Assembly (NCBI GenBank): GCA_965659675.1
Contig: CBFHWY010000004.1
Span: 8,110-72,109 of the forward strand
Length of the DNA: 64,000 nucleotides
Reading direction: 5' to 3'
Source of the DNA: Salibacteraceae bacterium
GTDB taxonomy: Bacteria > Bacteroidota > Bacteroidia > Flavobacteriales_G > Salibacteraceae
Shown here: positions 8,586-16,899 of the stretch, piece by piece
Position numbering within the stretch: the stretch's first letter is position 1
Layout: every line of letters starts with the position of its first letter
The notes under the pieces: generated by a model
What the model was told of the DNA's origin: nothing
Databases searched by the model: none
Seen by the model: only the letters and a program-made list of their open reading frames with translations
Program-made: the position numbers and the translations under genes

Positions 8586-9425
8586 ATGAAAACAGATATT
8601 GCCCAAATAAGTTTGAGCTTGATCAATGAGGAAAATCAGTTTCGATTTAACTACCGTTCCGGCCACCTGAGTATTATCTTTTCGGGAGAAGGAAGCTATG
8701 GCTTTGAATACATGGGCAGGCAGGTGAATGATGCCCTTCCACCCCACTCCAGTTATATGATGTGCATGCACATGGGTGATTTTGAGCTGAGCTTTTCTGG
8801 CGCTAAACTGCCTTTGGTCATTCTTGACCTGCCTCTAGAGCTGCTTCATCAGTTGGTACTCGATGAAGAACTGAGTATTAGCTTCTCACAACATGCCTAC
8901 CTTAAAGACCACATGATACATAAGTTGCTTCAAAACACCTCTGGAGTAGATGCAGTGTTGGAACAGATCAGAACTGCGAAGCTCGCACAGCTTGAAAGCC
9001 CACTTTTTATGCAGTCAAAAAAACTTGAATTACTCAGCAATTTCTTTGAAAAAAGCGACAACAAGGAACACTATGAGTGTCCTTTTCTGAACTATCAGGA
9101 AAATGTGGAAAAGGTAAGAGAGGCGAAAAAGTTATTGATCTCCGATCTAAAAACGTCGCCCACCATCAAGGAGCTCTCTCGTTTGGTCGGACTGAATGAA
9201 AGTCACTTGAAAAGTGGCTTTAAAGAGATCTACGGTAAGCCGATCTATCAGTACTACAAGGGCTTCAAAAACGACTATGCTAAAAGGCAACTCGAGGAAA
9301 CCGATACATCAGTAAATCACCTGGCGGCAGAACTAGGATATAGCAATGTGAGTCATTTCATTGAATCCTTCAAAAAACAGTTCGGGGTAACCCCTAAGCA
9401 GTATCAAAAAAACCTGAGTGCCTAG
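8586..9425 (+). CDS. AraC family transcriptional regulator
   Basis: C-terminal double HTH (IKELSRLVGLNESHLKSGFK ... LAAELGYSNVSHFIESFKKQFGVTPKQY). Confidence 0.85.
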   Translation: MKTDIAQISLSLINEENQFRFNYRSGHLSIIFSGEGSYGFEYMGRQVNDALPPHSSYMMCMHMGDFELSFSGAKLPLVILDLPLELLHQLVLDEELSISFSQHAYLKDHMIHKLLQNTSGVDAVLEQIRTAKLAQLESPLFMQSKKLELLSNFFEKSDNKEHYECPFLNYQENVEKVREAKKLLISDLKTSPTIKELSRLVGLNESHLKSGFKEIYGKPIYQYYKGFKNDYAKRQLEETDTSVNHLAAELGYSNVSHFIESFKKQFGVTPKQYQKNLSA

Positions 9426-10126
9426 CTCTGCTTTTGGCTAAGGTGAATGGAGGCGGAACGATCGGCTTTGATGACCGAGTATCCCCAATAGATCATGATC
9501 AAACCAATGAGCTCTGTGACAAATAGCGCCTCCACATATCCAAAGCGGGTCATTGATCCTCCGATCCCTGGCAATAAAGCACCGATCGCGATCAGAATAT
9601 TACCGACATATCGACTTCGGTGTTCAGGTTGTTTCTGATAGAGACTGGCAGAATAAAATGCTCCGCCCACGAGAAAAACGAAAGAATAAATATTGATCCA
9701 GGGTGAGAAGTATCGCACCCATTCCCAATCGAATACTTTTCCTGTTAGTTTACCTTGAAAATCTGGCCCGGTTGTTACTGGCGACATCAAAACAAATACA
9801 GTTGCCATGACAACTACTGTGCTCACTAAAACACCACTGATATTGGCGAATTTCCGGTTCATCAAGAGATGAACGGACCCTTGAGCCAATGGGAAACCTC
9901 CCAGTAGTGCTCCAACGACGTACCAAAATCTAAGGTTCAGTTCTGACCAGCCAAATAGTGCATTAATACTTTCTGAAAGTGTTCCAAGGCCGAATGTGAG
10001 TACTCCTAATGCCCACCAAAAGAGATAACTTTTCTTTTTTTGGAGATAGTGTTTTCCAATGACCACCAGAAAATAAGCTGAAAAAATGGTAGTTAGAATC
10101 GGAAGATGCTCAATGATCTCTTGCAT
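9422..10126 (-). CDS. Multi-pass membrane protein, unknown function
   Basis: 234 aa with about 6-7 hydrophobic segments. Last gene of the minus-strand ALDH operon, 15 nt after the upstream stop. Confidence 0.55.
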   Translation of the reverse strand: MQEIIEHLPILTTIFSAYFLVVIGKHYLQKKKSYLFWWALGVLTFGLGTLSESINALFGWSELNLRFWYVVGALLGGFPLAQGSVHLLMNRKFANISGVLVSTVVVMATVFVLMSPVTTGPDFQGKLTGKVFDWEWVRYFSPWINIYSFVFLVGGAFYSASLYQKQPEHRSRYVGNILIAIGALLPGIGGSMTRFGYVEALFVTELIGLIMIYWGYSVIKADRSASIHLSQKQS

Positions 10127-10141
10127 AGGTTGATTAGACTC

Positions 10142-11083
10142 TTAAAAGTACTTTTTGTTCAAATCTAGATTTCCGCCGGTGAGGATTACGGCAATTTTTT
10201 GATCGGCGAAAATCGATTTGTTTTTGATGATTGCTGCGAGAGGAACTGCACAGGAAGGTTCTATGGTTTGTTTTAACTCTTCCCATACCATCTTCATTGC
10301 CTTAATGATCTCATCTTCACTGACTGTATAGATATGGTCAACATGTTTCCTGATCACCTCAAAAGTATGTTCACCAAGATTGGTTCTAAGTCCATCTGCA
10401 ATGGTTTGGGGATTTCCAACATCTTCAATTTTTCCGCTTTGTAATGACCGATAGGCATCATCAGCTTGCTCTGGCTCTCCTGCATAAACCATTATGTTCT
10501 TTCCAATCAGCTTTGCGGCAAGTGCAGTTCCACTTAAAAGTCCACCTCCCCCAACTGGGCAGATGATGGCATCAAGTACATCAAGTTCTTCCAGGATCTC
10601 CTGGGCACATGTTGATTGACCTAAGATGATATTTGGGTCGTTATAAGGATGAATAATGCTGGCGTTCCGTTTTTGCAACAATTCTTCAAGCTTGCTTTCG
10701 CGTGCCATTATGTTGGGCTCACAGAAAATGATCTCTGCTCCTTCCCTGCGCATGCCCTCCACTTTCACTTTCGGTGCATTTTCAGGTACAACCACAAAAC
10801 ACTTGATCCCATTTTTTCTTGCAGCAAGAGCAAGAGCTCTACCGTGGTTGCCAGAGGAATGGGTGGCGACATATTCTGGTTTCTCGAGCTTCAGCAGCTT
10901 CCGAATGGCATGCGTTGCGCCTCTGTACTTGAAGGCACCCCCTTTTTGAAGGTTCTCACACTTGAAATAAAGCTCAGCCCCAACAAGTTCGTTGAGATAC
11001 TCTGATCGAAGGATAGCTGTTTTGTTGACCTCATCGGCAATCAGCTGTCTTGCTTCGATCAGATCCGTTTTTGTGTAGTTCAA
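10142..11083 (-). CDS. PLP-dependent serine/threonine dehydratase family enzyme (fold type II; threonine ammonia-lyase / serine racemase-like)
   Basis: FKCENLQKGGAFKYRGA PLP-lysine motif; GGGGL glycine loop; 313 aa with no ACT regulatory domain. Confidence 0.85.
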   Translation of the reverse strand: MNYTKTDLIEARQLIADEVNKTAILRSEYLNELVGAELYFKCENLQKGGAFKYRGATHAIRKLLKLEKPEYVATHSSGNHGRALALAARKNGIKCFVVVPENAPKVKVEGMRREGAEIIFCEPNIMARESKLEELLQKRNASIIHPYNDPNIILGQSTCAQEILEELDVLDAIICPVGGGGLLSGTALAAKLIGKNIMVYAGEPEQADDAYRSLQSGKIEDVGNPQTIADGLRTNLGEHTFEVIRKHVDHIYTVSEDEIIKAMKMVWEELKQTIEPSCAVPLAAIIKNKSIFADQKIAVILTGGNLDLNKKYF

Positions 11084-11089
11084 GTGCTC

Positions 11090-11965
11090 CTATTTGCAAA
11101 GCAAATTAAGTGCTTTTGGGATGATATCAAAGCGTGCAGAGCCCGCACCAAAATATTCTCCATCGGCTTCCAAAGCACATCTTTCATCTAAAGTTTCAAC
11201 GGTGACCCATCGGCTTTTATGATAAAACACCTTGGGGTGATCAAGTCTTTGGCGCTTTTTAAGCTTTAGCACATTCAGGATATATTCAAGGATAGACAGG
11301 GCTTCAATCCTCGTGATCTGAAATTGTCCACTACTTATTTCCGCATCTGGAGCGACAAAAAGTCCACTACCAAAACTGCAGCCATTTGCTACAGTCAATG
11401 CGGCAATATCACCTTCCCAGCTGCCTCCTTCCCATGCTATCTTTACTGAATATGGTTCATATCTCACAAAGGCCAGGCTAATTGCTCGCAAATACCTAAG
11501 GCCTGGATGCCAGATCTTACTGCTTTTGTTCACGCGCTCAACCACTTCAGCCCCAAGTCCGAAATCAGCAATATTTAGGAAGTAATGTACCTGCTGCTTG
11601 CGAGTAATCTTTCCCAGGTCGGCAGGGCATGCTCTCATTTTTTCATGATCGAGTGCTTGTTCAATATTTTCGGGAAGCTTAAGGTTTCTGGCGAAGTCGT
11701 TCGCTGAACCCGCTGGAATGAGGCTTAATTTAGGAAGACTTCTCTCCTCTTCAATGCGCTTGCCGAGTACCTGCATCACTTCATTAAAGGTCCCATCACC
11801 TCCAATCACTATAAGGTGGTCCGCCTTTTCTATGACTTCCTCACAGATTCCTATGGCATGTTTGTGATACTCCGTAGCATGGATGTTTTCTTTTGGGACA
11901 CGCTCAATCCCTTTGAGCGCAGAACTCTTGAGTTTTCTGCCATTAAGAATTACCTGAACTCGCAT
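11090..11965 (-). CDS. Diacylglycerol-kinase catalytic-domain lipid kinase (YegS/BmrU-like)
   Basis: LIVIGGDGTFNEV motif and GSANDFAR motif, 291 aa. Confidence 0.8.
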   Translation of the reverse strand: MRVQVILNGRKLKSSALKGIERVPKENIHATEYHKHAIGICEEVIEKADHLIVIGGDGTFNEVMQVLGKRIEEERSLPKLSLIPAGSANDFARNLKLPENIEQALDHEKMRACPADLGKITRKQQVHYFLNIADFGLGAEVVERVNKSSKIWHPGLRYLRAISLAFVRYEPYSVKIAWEGGSWEGDIAALTVANGCSFGSGLFVAPDAEISSGQFQITRIEALSILEYILNVLKLKKRQRLDHPKVFYHKSRWVTVETLDERCALEADGEYFGAGSARFDIIPKALNLLCK

Positions 11966-11987
11966 GCTTCGTGGTCACATGACAAGG

Positions 11988-13430
11988 CTAATATTGGATA
12001 CATACATTCTTGGCCTCCGTAAAAAAGCGCAAGGCTTCAAAACCTCCTTCGCGGCCAATACCCGAATTCTTAACACCTCCAAATGGAGTGCGAAGGTCCC
12101 TCACCAACCATGAGTTGATCCACACAATGCCTGCGTCTATATTTCTAGCTACGCGATGGGCCTTTCTTAGGTTTTCGGTCCATACCGAAGCAGCCAAACC
12201 GTAAACCGTGCTATTCGCCATCATCAGCGCCTCCTCTTCCGAATCAAAGGGCATGAGGGTGACCACTGGACCAAATATCTCTTCCTGATTCGTTCGGCAA
12301 TCGTAACTTAAGTTCTCAAAAACGGTCGGAGCAATGTAGAATCCGTCCTGATATTCACCAGACATATGAAGCTGCTCTCCTCCGCACAACAATTTTCCGC
12401 CTTCTTCTTTCGCAAGCTCGATGTAGGACAAAACCTTTTCCATGTGCGGTTTTGAAACCACCGCACCCACTTTAGAATTTGCTTCACTGGGCGGGCCAAC
12501 CTTCAATGCTTTCACTCGTTCAACAAAAGCATCCCTAAAACGATCATAAATACTGCGTTCTACAAAAACCCGTGATCCGCAAAGGCAGATCTGTCCCTGA
12601 TTCGAAAATGCAGCAGTGACCGTGGCTTTCACAGTATGTTCAAAGTCGCAGTCATCAAAGACAATGGTCGGGTTCTTCCCACCTAGTTCAAGACTGAGTT
12701 TTTTGAACATCGGAGCAGCTGTTCGGGCAATATATTCTCCTGTTTTTGTGCCTCCAGTGAAAGAGATCGCTTTGATCCCTGGGTGCTCCACCATGGCGGC
12801 ACCAACATCCGGGCCCATACCATGCACGATATTAAAAACCCCATTCGGAATTCCTGCTTGCTGACACAGTTCCGAAAGGAGATACGCCGTCATAGGGGTG
12901 ATCTCCGATGGCTTTGCCACCACTGTATTCCCCGAAGCCAGTGCCGGGGCCACCTTCCAGCTGAAAAGATATAAAGGTAGGTTCCAGGGAGAAATGCAAC
13001 CCACAACACCTATCGGCCCCCGAAGGGTGTAGTTCACCCCTCGATCTTCCATAGAATGTGACTCCGAAGCATAATGAAGAATTGCCGTGGCAAAAAAGTG
13101 AAAGTTGGCCACCGCTCTGGGGATATCCACCTTTTTTGCCAGCCAAAGTGGCTTTCCATTATCGAGTGATTCTGCTGCTGCCAGTCGGTCAAGATTATCT
13201 TCGATGAGCGAGGCGAGACGCATAAGGATCTTACTTCGCTCTTCTTTTGGCGTATTCGACCATGAAGGAAAGGCTGCTTTAGCGGCCTCATATGCTTCTT
13301 CAACATCAGCTTTTCCGCTCTTTGGGATCTGGCTGTAAACCTTTCCCCTGGAGGGATCGTAGTTATCAATATAACCACCCGACAGGGGGGCTTTTAATGC
13401 TCCGTTGATGTAGTTCTGGATCTTTGTCAT
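11988..13430 (-). CDS. NAD-dependent aldehyde dehydrogenase, ALDH8-like (2-amino/2-hydroxymuconic semialdehyde dehydrogenase-like)
   Basis: ELGGKNP and FSNQGQICLCGSR catalytic motifs. N-terminus MTKIQNYINGA... The 13-codon extension in the ORF track was trimmed. Confidence 0.9.
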   Translation of the reverse strand: MTKIQNYINGALKAPLSGGYIDNYDPSRGKVYSQIPKSGKADVEEAYEAAKAAFPSWSNTPKEERSKILMRLASLIEDNLDRLAAAESLDNGKPLWLAKKVDIPRAVANFHFFATAILHYASESHSMEDRGVNYTLRGPIGVVGCISPWNLPLYLFSWKVAPALASGNTVVAKPSEITPMTAYLLSELCQQAGIPNGVFNIVHGMGPDVGAAMVEHPGIKAISFTGGTKTGEYIARTAAPMFKKLSLELGGKNPTIVFDDCDFEHTVKATVTAAFSNQGQICLCGSRVFVERSIYDRFRDAFVERVKALKVGPPSEANSKVGAVVSKPHMEKVLSYIELAKEEGGKLLCGGEQLHMSGEYQDGFYIAPTVFENLSYDCRTNQEEIFGPVVTLMPFDSEEEALMMANSTVYGLAASVWTENLRKAHRVARNIDAGIVWINSWLVRDLRTPFGGVKNSGIGREGGFEALRFFTEAKNVCIQY

Positions 13431-13462
13431 GCTTTTTTCTGGAAGGACTAAAAGTAGAAAAA

Positions 13463-13501
13463 AGCCCAAATAAAAAGGGGGCCGCCCTAAAGCCCCCTTT
13501 T
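13463..13501 (-). terminator. Intrinsic terminator (minus strand)
   Basis: AAAAGGGGGC-N9-GCCCCCUUUU (arms 13501-13492 and 13482-13473) followed by UAUUUGGGCUUUUUU. The U-tract on the plus strand is weaker. Confidence 0.6.
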
Positions 13502-13522
13502 CTTATGATGTCACTGATCTCG

Positions 13523-13594
13523 CTAAAACTTCCGCGTAAAACGTGTGGTTGTCATGGTTGGAAGACGATTGCTCGTCTCAATGATCAGCGACAT
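13523..13594 (-). other. Candidate 23-codon sORF / leader peptide MSLIIETSNRLPTMTTTRFTRKF
   Basis: ATG 13594, TAG 13525-13523, 6 of 23 residues are Thr. Enclosed by the 10-bp helix 13592-13583 / 13519-13510. Coding status unproven. Confidence 0.25.
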
Positions 13595-13620
13595 GCAAAC
13601 CTCAATTATGAAACCGATAA

Positions 13621-13628
13621 CAAAACTA
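13621..13628 (-). promoter_or_regulatory. -7 box TAGTTTTG for the minus-strand leader/sRNA unit
   Basis: Exact TAnnTTTG on the minus strand, 26 nt upstream of the sORF ATG. Confidence 0.4.
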
Positions 13629-13647
13629 CCTGTGGGGCCATATTATT

Positions 13648-13687
13648 GTGTTAAGAGCTTTGTAATATGTGTTAAAGAGTGTTAAGC
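13648..13687 (+). repeat. Three direct repeats GTGTTAA(A)G at 13648, 13669 and 13679 (21- and 10-bp phasing); candidate response-regulator site
   Basis: GTGTTAAGAG, GTGTTAAAGAG and GTGTTAAGC lie between the two divergent -7 boxes (13621-28 and 13714-21). Confidence 0.4.
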
Positions 13688-13713
13688 ATTCTGCCCAAGG
13701 GACTTAGCAGGAA

Positions 13714-13721
13714 TACCTTTG
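13714..13721 (+). promoter_or_regulatory. -7 box TACCTTTG upstream of the histidine kinase gene
   Basis: Exact TAnnTTTG, 9 nt before ATG 13731. Confidence 0.4.
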
Positions 13722-13730
13722 ATCTCGCAG

Positions 13731-15356
13731 ATGAATCTGATCAAGAACATAAAGTTACTCATTTTGATCATGACACTCACATTGATCGGCTTGATCAGTA
13801 TCGAGTTTTATTGGATCAGTAATGATATATCTCTTCGAGAAGAGGAGTTCAGCTTCCATGTAAAATCGGCTCTGGATAAGGTCAGCGAGCAACTTGAAAA
13901 ACAAGAGGCTCTCAAACAGATCCGCTCTCACCAGGAAGGGCGCTTTTTATTTCTGGAAGAAGACTCCCTGCAATTCGGACAGGAGGTTTTTCCTGATTCA
14001 GGCTATCGCTACAGACTCATTCAACGTTTCAAAAAAGAAGGCGATAACGTGGAGATCGAAGTGCTTGAGGGAGATGAAGAAGTGAGTTCAAGCACAAGGG
14101 TCTTCAGTCCGGTTGACAAAGTTGAGAATCTTGAAATGCTCGACATGGATGTGGGCAAACGAAGTCATAAAAAGATCCTGGCATCTGACATGAAAGCCCT
14201 TTCAGATAGTGCGCTAAGAAGCCGCATGTTAAATAAAACGGTGCTCATCAGCGATATTGTGAAAAGCCTGATCGAGGTGAATCTATCGGAGTCGATTGAA
14301 GACAGGCTTGAACCCAAGGTCTTAGATAGTCTCATAAAAAGCTATTTGGCTGAGGAAGGAATTACAGCTCAATACCACTATCGGGTTTTGGATGAAGAAA
14401 ACCAGGTGAGGCTAACCAGCGTAAATAGGATAAAACAAGATCTTGAAGCCAGTTCGTATCGCGTGCGCTTGTTTCAAAAAGACATTATACAGGAGCCAGC
14501 ATTCCTTGAAGTGATCTTTCCGAGAAAAACAGGGTATCTGCTCAGTACCATGTGGTTTGTGCTGCTGATATCACTCCTATTCATTTCTGCCATCATCGTC
14601 ACCTACTACCTTACCATCAATACCATCATCAGGCAGAAAAAGATCTCGGAGATCAAGAATGACTTCATCAACAATATGACCCATGAGTTAAAGACTCCCA
14701 TCTCAACCATTTCTTTGGCCTGTGAAATGCTTAGCGACAAGGAGCTTCAGAAAGACCCTGGGATGCTCGAGCGCTATGTAGGAATGATCCATGAAGAGAA
14801 TGATCGTTTGTCTTTACAGGTGGAGAATGTCTTGCAATCTGCCATTTGGGGAAGTGGAAGGATCAGGCTGAAGCCAGAGAAACTGGATATTCATGAAGTG
14901 ATTCGAAATGCCAGCTCCTCGTTTGAGATCAAAATGAAAGAGGCCAATGCCGAGCTTAACATAGAGCTATCAGCCGAAGATCCGATCGTTCATGGCGATC
15001 GCATCCATCTCACGAATGTGATCAACAACCTTTTGGATAATGCCCTAAAATATTCGAGGGGTGATAAACGTATTGATATTGGGACAAACAATAACCCCAA
15101 AGGAGTTGTGATCAGCGTACAGGACAACGGCATAGGCATCAGCAAAGAGAATCAAAAGAAGATCTTTGATAAGCTATATCGTGTTTCGACTGGAAACCTA
15201 CACGATGTGAAAGGATTTGGGCTTGGGCTCAGCTATGTTAAAACCGTGGTTGAAAAACACCAGGGTTCAGTGAAAGTAGACAGTCACCTCGGAAAAGGAA
15301 GCACATTTGTGGTTTTCCTACCTTTTGAGAATCATTTAAACCTTAACCATGGATAA
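13731..15356 (+). CDS. Sensor histidine kinase
   Basis: Two TM segments; H-box NMTHELKTPIS; N/G boxes (NLLDNALKY, DNGIGI, GFGLGL). The ORF-track TTG at 13719 was trimmed to the ATG. Confidence 0.9.
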   Translation: MNLIKNIKLLILIMTLTLIGLISIEFYWISNDISLREEEFSFHVKSALDKVSEQLEKQEALKQIRSHQEGRFLFLEEDSLQFGQEVFPDSGYRYRLIQRFKKEGDNVEIEVLEGDEEVSSSTRVFSPVDKVENLEMLDMDVGKRSHKKILASDMKALSDSALRSRMLNKTVLISDIVKSLIEVNLSESIEDRLEPKVLDSLIKSYLAEEGITAQYHYRVLDEENQVRLTSVNRIKQDLEASSYRVRLFQKDIIQEPAFLEVIFPRKTGYLLSTMWFVLLISLLFISAIIVTYYLTINTIIRQKKISEIKNDFINNMTHELKTPISTISLACEMLSDKELQKDPGMLERYVGMIHEENDRLSLQVENVLQSAIWGSGRIRLKPEKLDIHEVIRNASSSFEIKMKEANAELNIELSAEDPIVHGDRIHLTNVINNLLDNALKYSRGDKRIDIGTNNNPKGVVISVQDNGIGISKENQKKIFDKLYRVSTGNLHDVKGFGLGLSYVKTVVEKHQGSVKVDSHLGKGSTFVVFLPFENHLNLNHG

Positions 15357-16038
15357 AGCGAGAATACTTTTAGTGGAAGATGACCCTAATTTGGGTACAA
15401 TTTTGAACGAATACCTTCAAGCCAAATCCTACGACAGCGTGCTGAAGAAAGACGGCAAAGAGGGTTTGGATGAATTTCTGAATGCAGATTATGACCTCTG
15501 TATTCTCGATGTGATGATGCCAATAAAAGATGGTTTCACTTTAGCCAAAGAGATTCGGCGGATCAATCATGAAGTGCCCATCATTTTCCTTACGGCAAAA
15601 TCAATGAAAGATGATAAGATCGAAGGTTTTAAAATTGGAGCCGACGATTACCTCACCAAGCCTTTTAGCATGGAGGAGCTACTGATGAGGGTGCAGGCAA
15701 TTCTGCGAAGAACTCGAATGGTGACCAAGGAAAAACAAAAGGAGCAGTTTGAGTTTGCCGGCTTCACCTTCAACTCTAAGAAACAGGTCTTGAGTTTCGG
15801 TGATGAAGAGAAGAAACTGACATCCAAGGAAAACGAATTACTTCGATTACTCTGTGTTCATATGAACGATGTGCTCGATCGCTCCTATGCATTAAAGAAA
15901 ATATGGGGAGACGACTCATACTTCAATTCTAGAAGTATGGATGTTTACATCACCAAACTCAGGAAATACTTAAAATCAGATGAGCGTGTGCAGCTCATTA
16001 ATGTACATGGTAAAGGCTTTAAGCTGGTGATCGTATGA
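15349..16038 (+). CDS. OmpR/PhoB-family response regulator
   Basis: Receiver domain (ILLVEDD...DLCILDVMMP) plus winged-helix C-domain. ATGGATAA overlap with the kinase gene. Confidence 0.92.
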   Translation: MDKARILLVEDDPNLGTILNEYLQAKSYDSVLKKDGKEGLDEFLNADYDLCILDVMMPIKDGFTLAKEIRRINHEVPIIFLTAKSMKDDKIEGFKIGADDYLTKPFSMEELLMRVQAILRRTRMVTKEKQKEQFEFAGFTFNSKKQVLSFGDEEKKLTSKENELLRLLCVHMNDVLDRSYALKKIWGDDSYFNSRSMDVYITKLRKYLKSDERVQLINVHGKGFKLVIV

Positions 16039-16044
16039 TCGGGC

Positions 16045-16491
16045 TTATTTTAGTTCGTAACCCGAACGCTTCCAGGCATCAATTCCGCCATTGAGGTTGT
16101 AAACTTCATTGAAGCCATTTTCAACAAGCATCTTAGCAGCGCTTGAGCTTCTTCCTCCAGCTTTGCAATAAACGTAAACGGGCTTGTTCTTATCAAGACT
16201 CTCCAGGTTATCTCTAAAGTCCTGATCGTAAAAGTCCATCTCCACAGCTTCAACATCAACCTTTCCACCTGCGATCTCACCAGGTGTTCTTACATCGAGA
16301 ATGGTAATGTCACCTGTTTCTGTTTCGAGTACCGATTTCAATTCACTGGCCTCAATGTTCTTAAAGGTGTTTACCTTTTGGGTCTTCTCCCCCTTATCAC
16401 CTTTTACAGTTTCTTGCTTCTGATTTTCACCTGCACAGGCTTGTAAGACGGTAAATGCAAAAATGATCGTAAAGATTCGAGTAAAGTTCAT
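16045..16491 (-). CDS. Rhodanese-domain lipoprotein
   Basis: Lipobox VLQAC and active-site loop CKAGGRS. Confidence 0.8.
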   Translation of the reverse strand: MNFTRIFTIIFAFTVLQACAGENQKQETVKGDKGEKTQKVNTFKNIEASELKSVLETETGDITILDVRTPGEIAGGKVDVEAVEMDFYDQDFRDNLESLDKNKPVYVYCKAGGRSSSAAKMLVENGFNEVYNLNGGIDAWKRSGYELK

Positions 16492-16496
16492 GTCTT

Positions 16497-16808
16497 CTAT
16501 TTTATGATTGGTCCATTCCAGGCCAGTATACCACCGGCAAGATTCACCAACCTTCCTTTAAATCCTAGTTGTTTCATCGCGTGGCATGCAGCAGCGCTTC
16601 TTTGACCACTCCTGCAATACACATAATAGTTCTTTGCCTTATCGAGCTCATTGAGCTTTGAGCTAAACTCAGGGTCCATCACATTGATAAGTGTGGCGTT
16701 CTCCAAATGGCCTTCCTCAAACTCCTGAGGGGTTCGCACATCGAGTAAAAAGGAGTTTTCGTCCTTCAACATCTCGTTCTCAAATTCGCCGGCAAAGAAT
16801 TCTTCCAT
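16497..16808 (-). CDS. Single-domain rhodanese (sulfurtransferase)
   Basis: Active-site loop CRSGQRS. ATG at 16808 preferred over the ORF-track TTG at 16814. Confidence 0.8.
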   Translation of the reverse strand: MEEFFAGEFENEMLKDENSFLLDVRTPQEFEEGHLENATLINVMDPEFSSKLNELDKAKNYYVYCRSGQRSAAACHAMKQLGFKGRLVNLAGGILAWNGPIIK

Positions 16809-16821
16809 GATCAATGAAGCC

Positions 16822-16829
16822 CAAAAATA
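16822..16829 (-). promoter_or_regulatory. -7 box TATTTTTG upstream of the rhodanese pair
   Basis: Exact TAnnTTTG on the minus strand, 13 nt from ATG 16808. Confidence 0.35.
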
Positions 16830-16899
16830 AGTCTTATTACCTTAGCGTTAGTATAATGCATTGAGACCATTGTCACATTGGCCTTAAATTTACCCTGAA

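Noticed and set aside
8403-8771. 122-aa minus-strand ORF spanning the receptor/AraC divergent spacer and the AraC 5' end.
   Set aside because: It overlaps the well-supported AraC gene and the promoter/repeat region. It has no signal, motif or plausible start context.
13424-13654. 76-aa plus-strand ORF across the ALDH/kinase spacer.
   Set aside because: It begins inside the ALDH start region, runs straight through the terminator hairpin and has no promoter box. The G.U versus A.C asymmetry indicates that the functional strand here is the minus strand.
16826-16836. An identical 11-mer, AATAAGTCTTA, occurs upstream of the rhodanese genes (16826-16836) and upstream of fabH (32187-32197).
   Set aside because: In 64 kb of AT-rich DNA, hundreds of 11-mer coincidences are expected by chance. 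There is no extended similarity around them.
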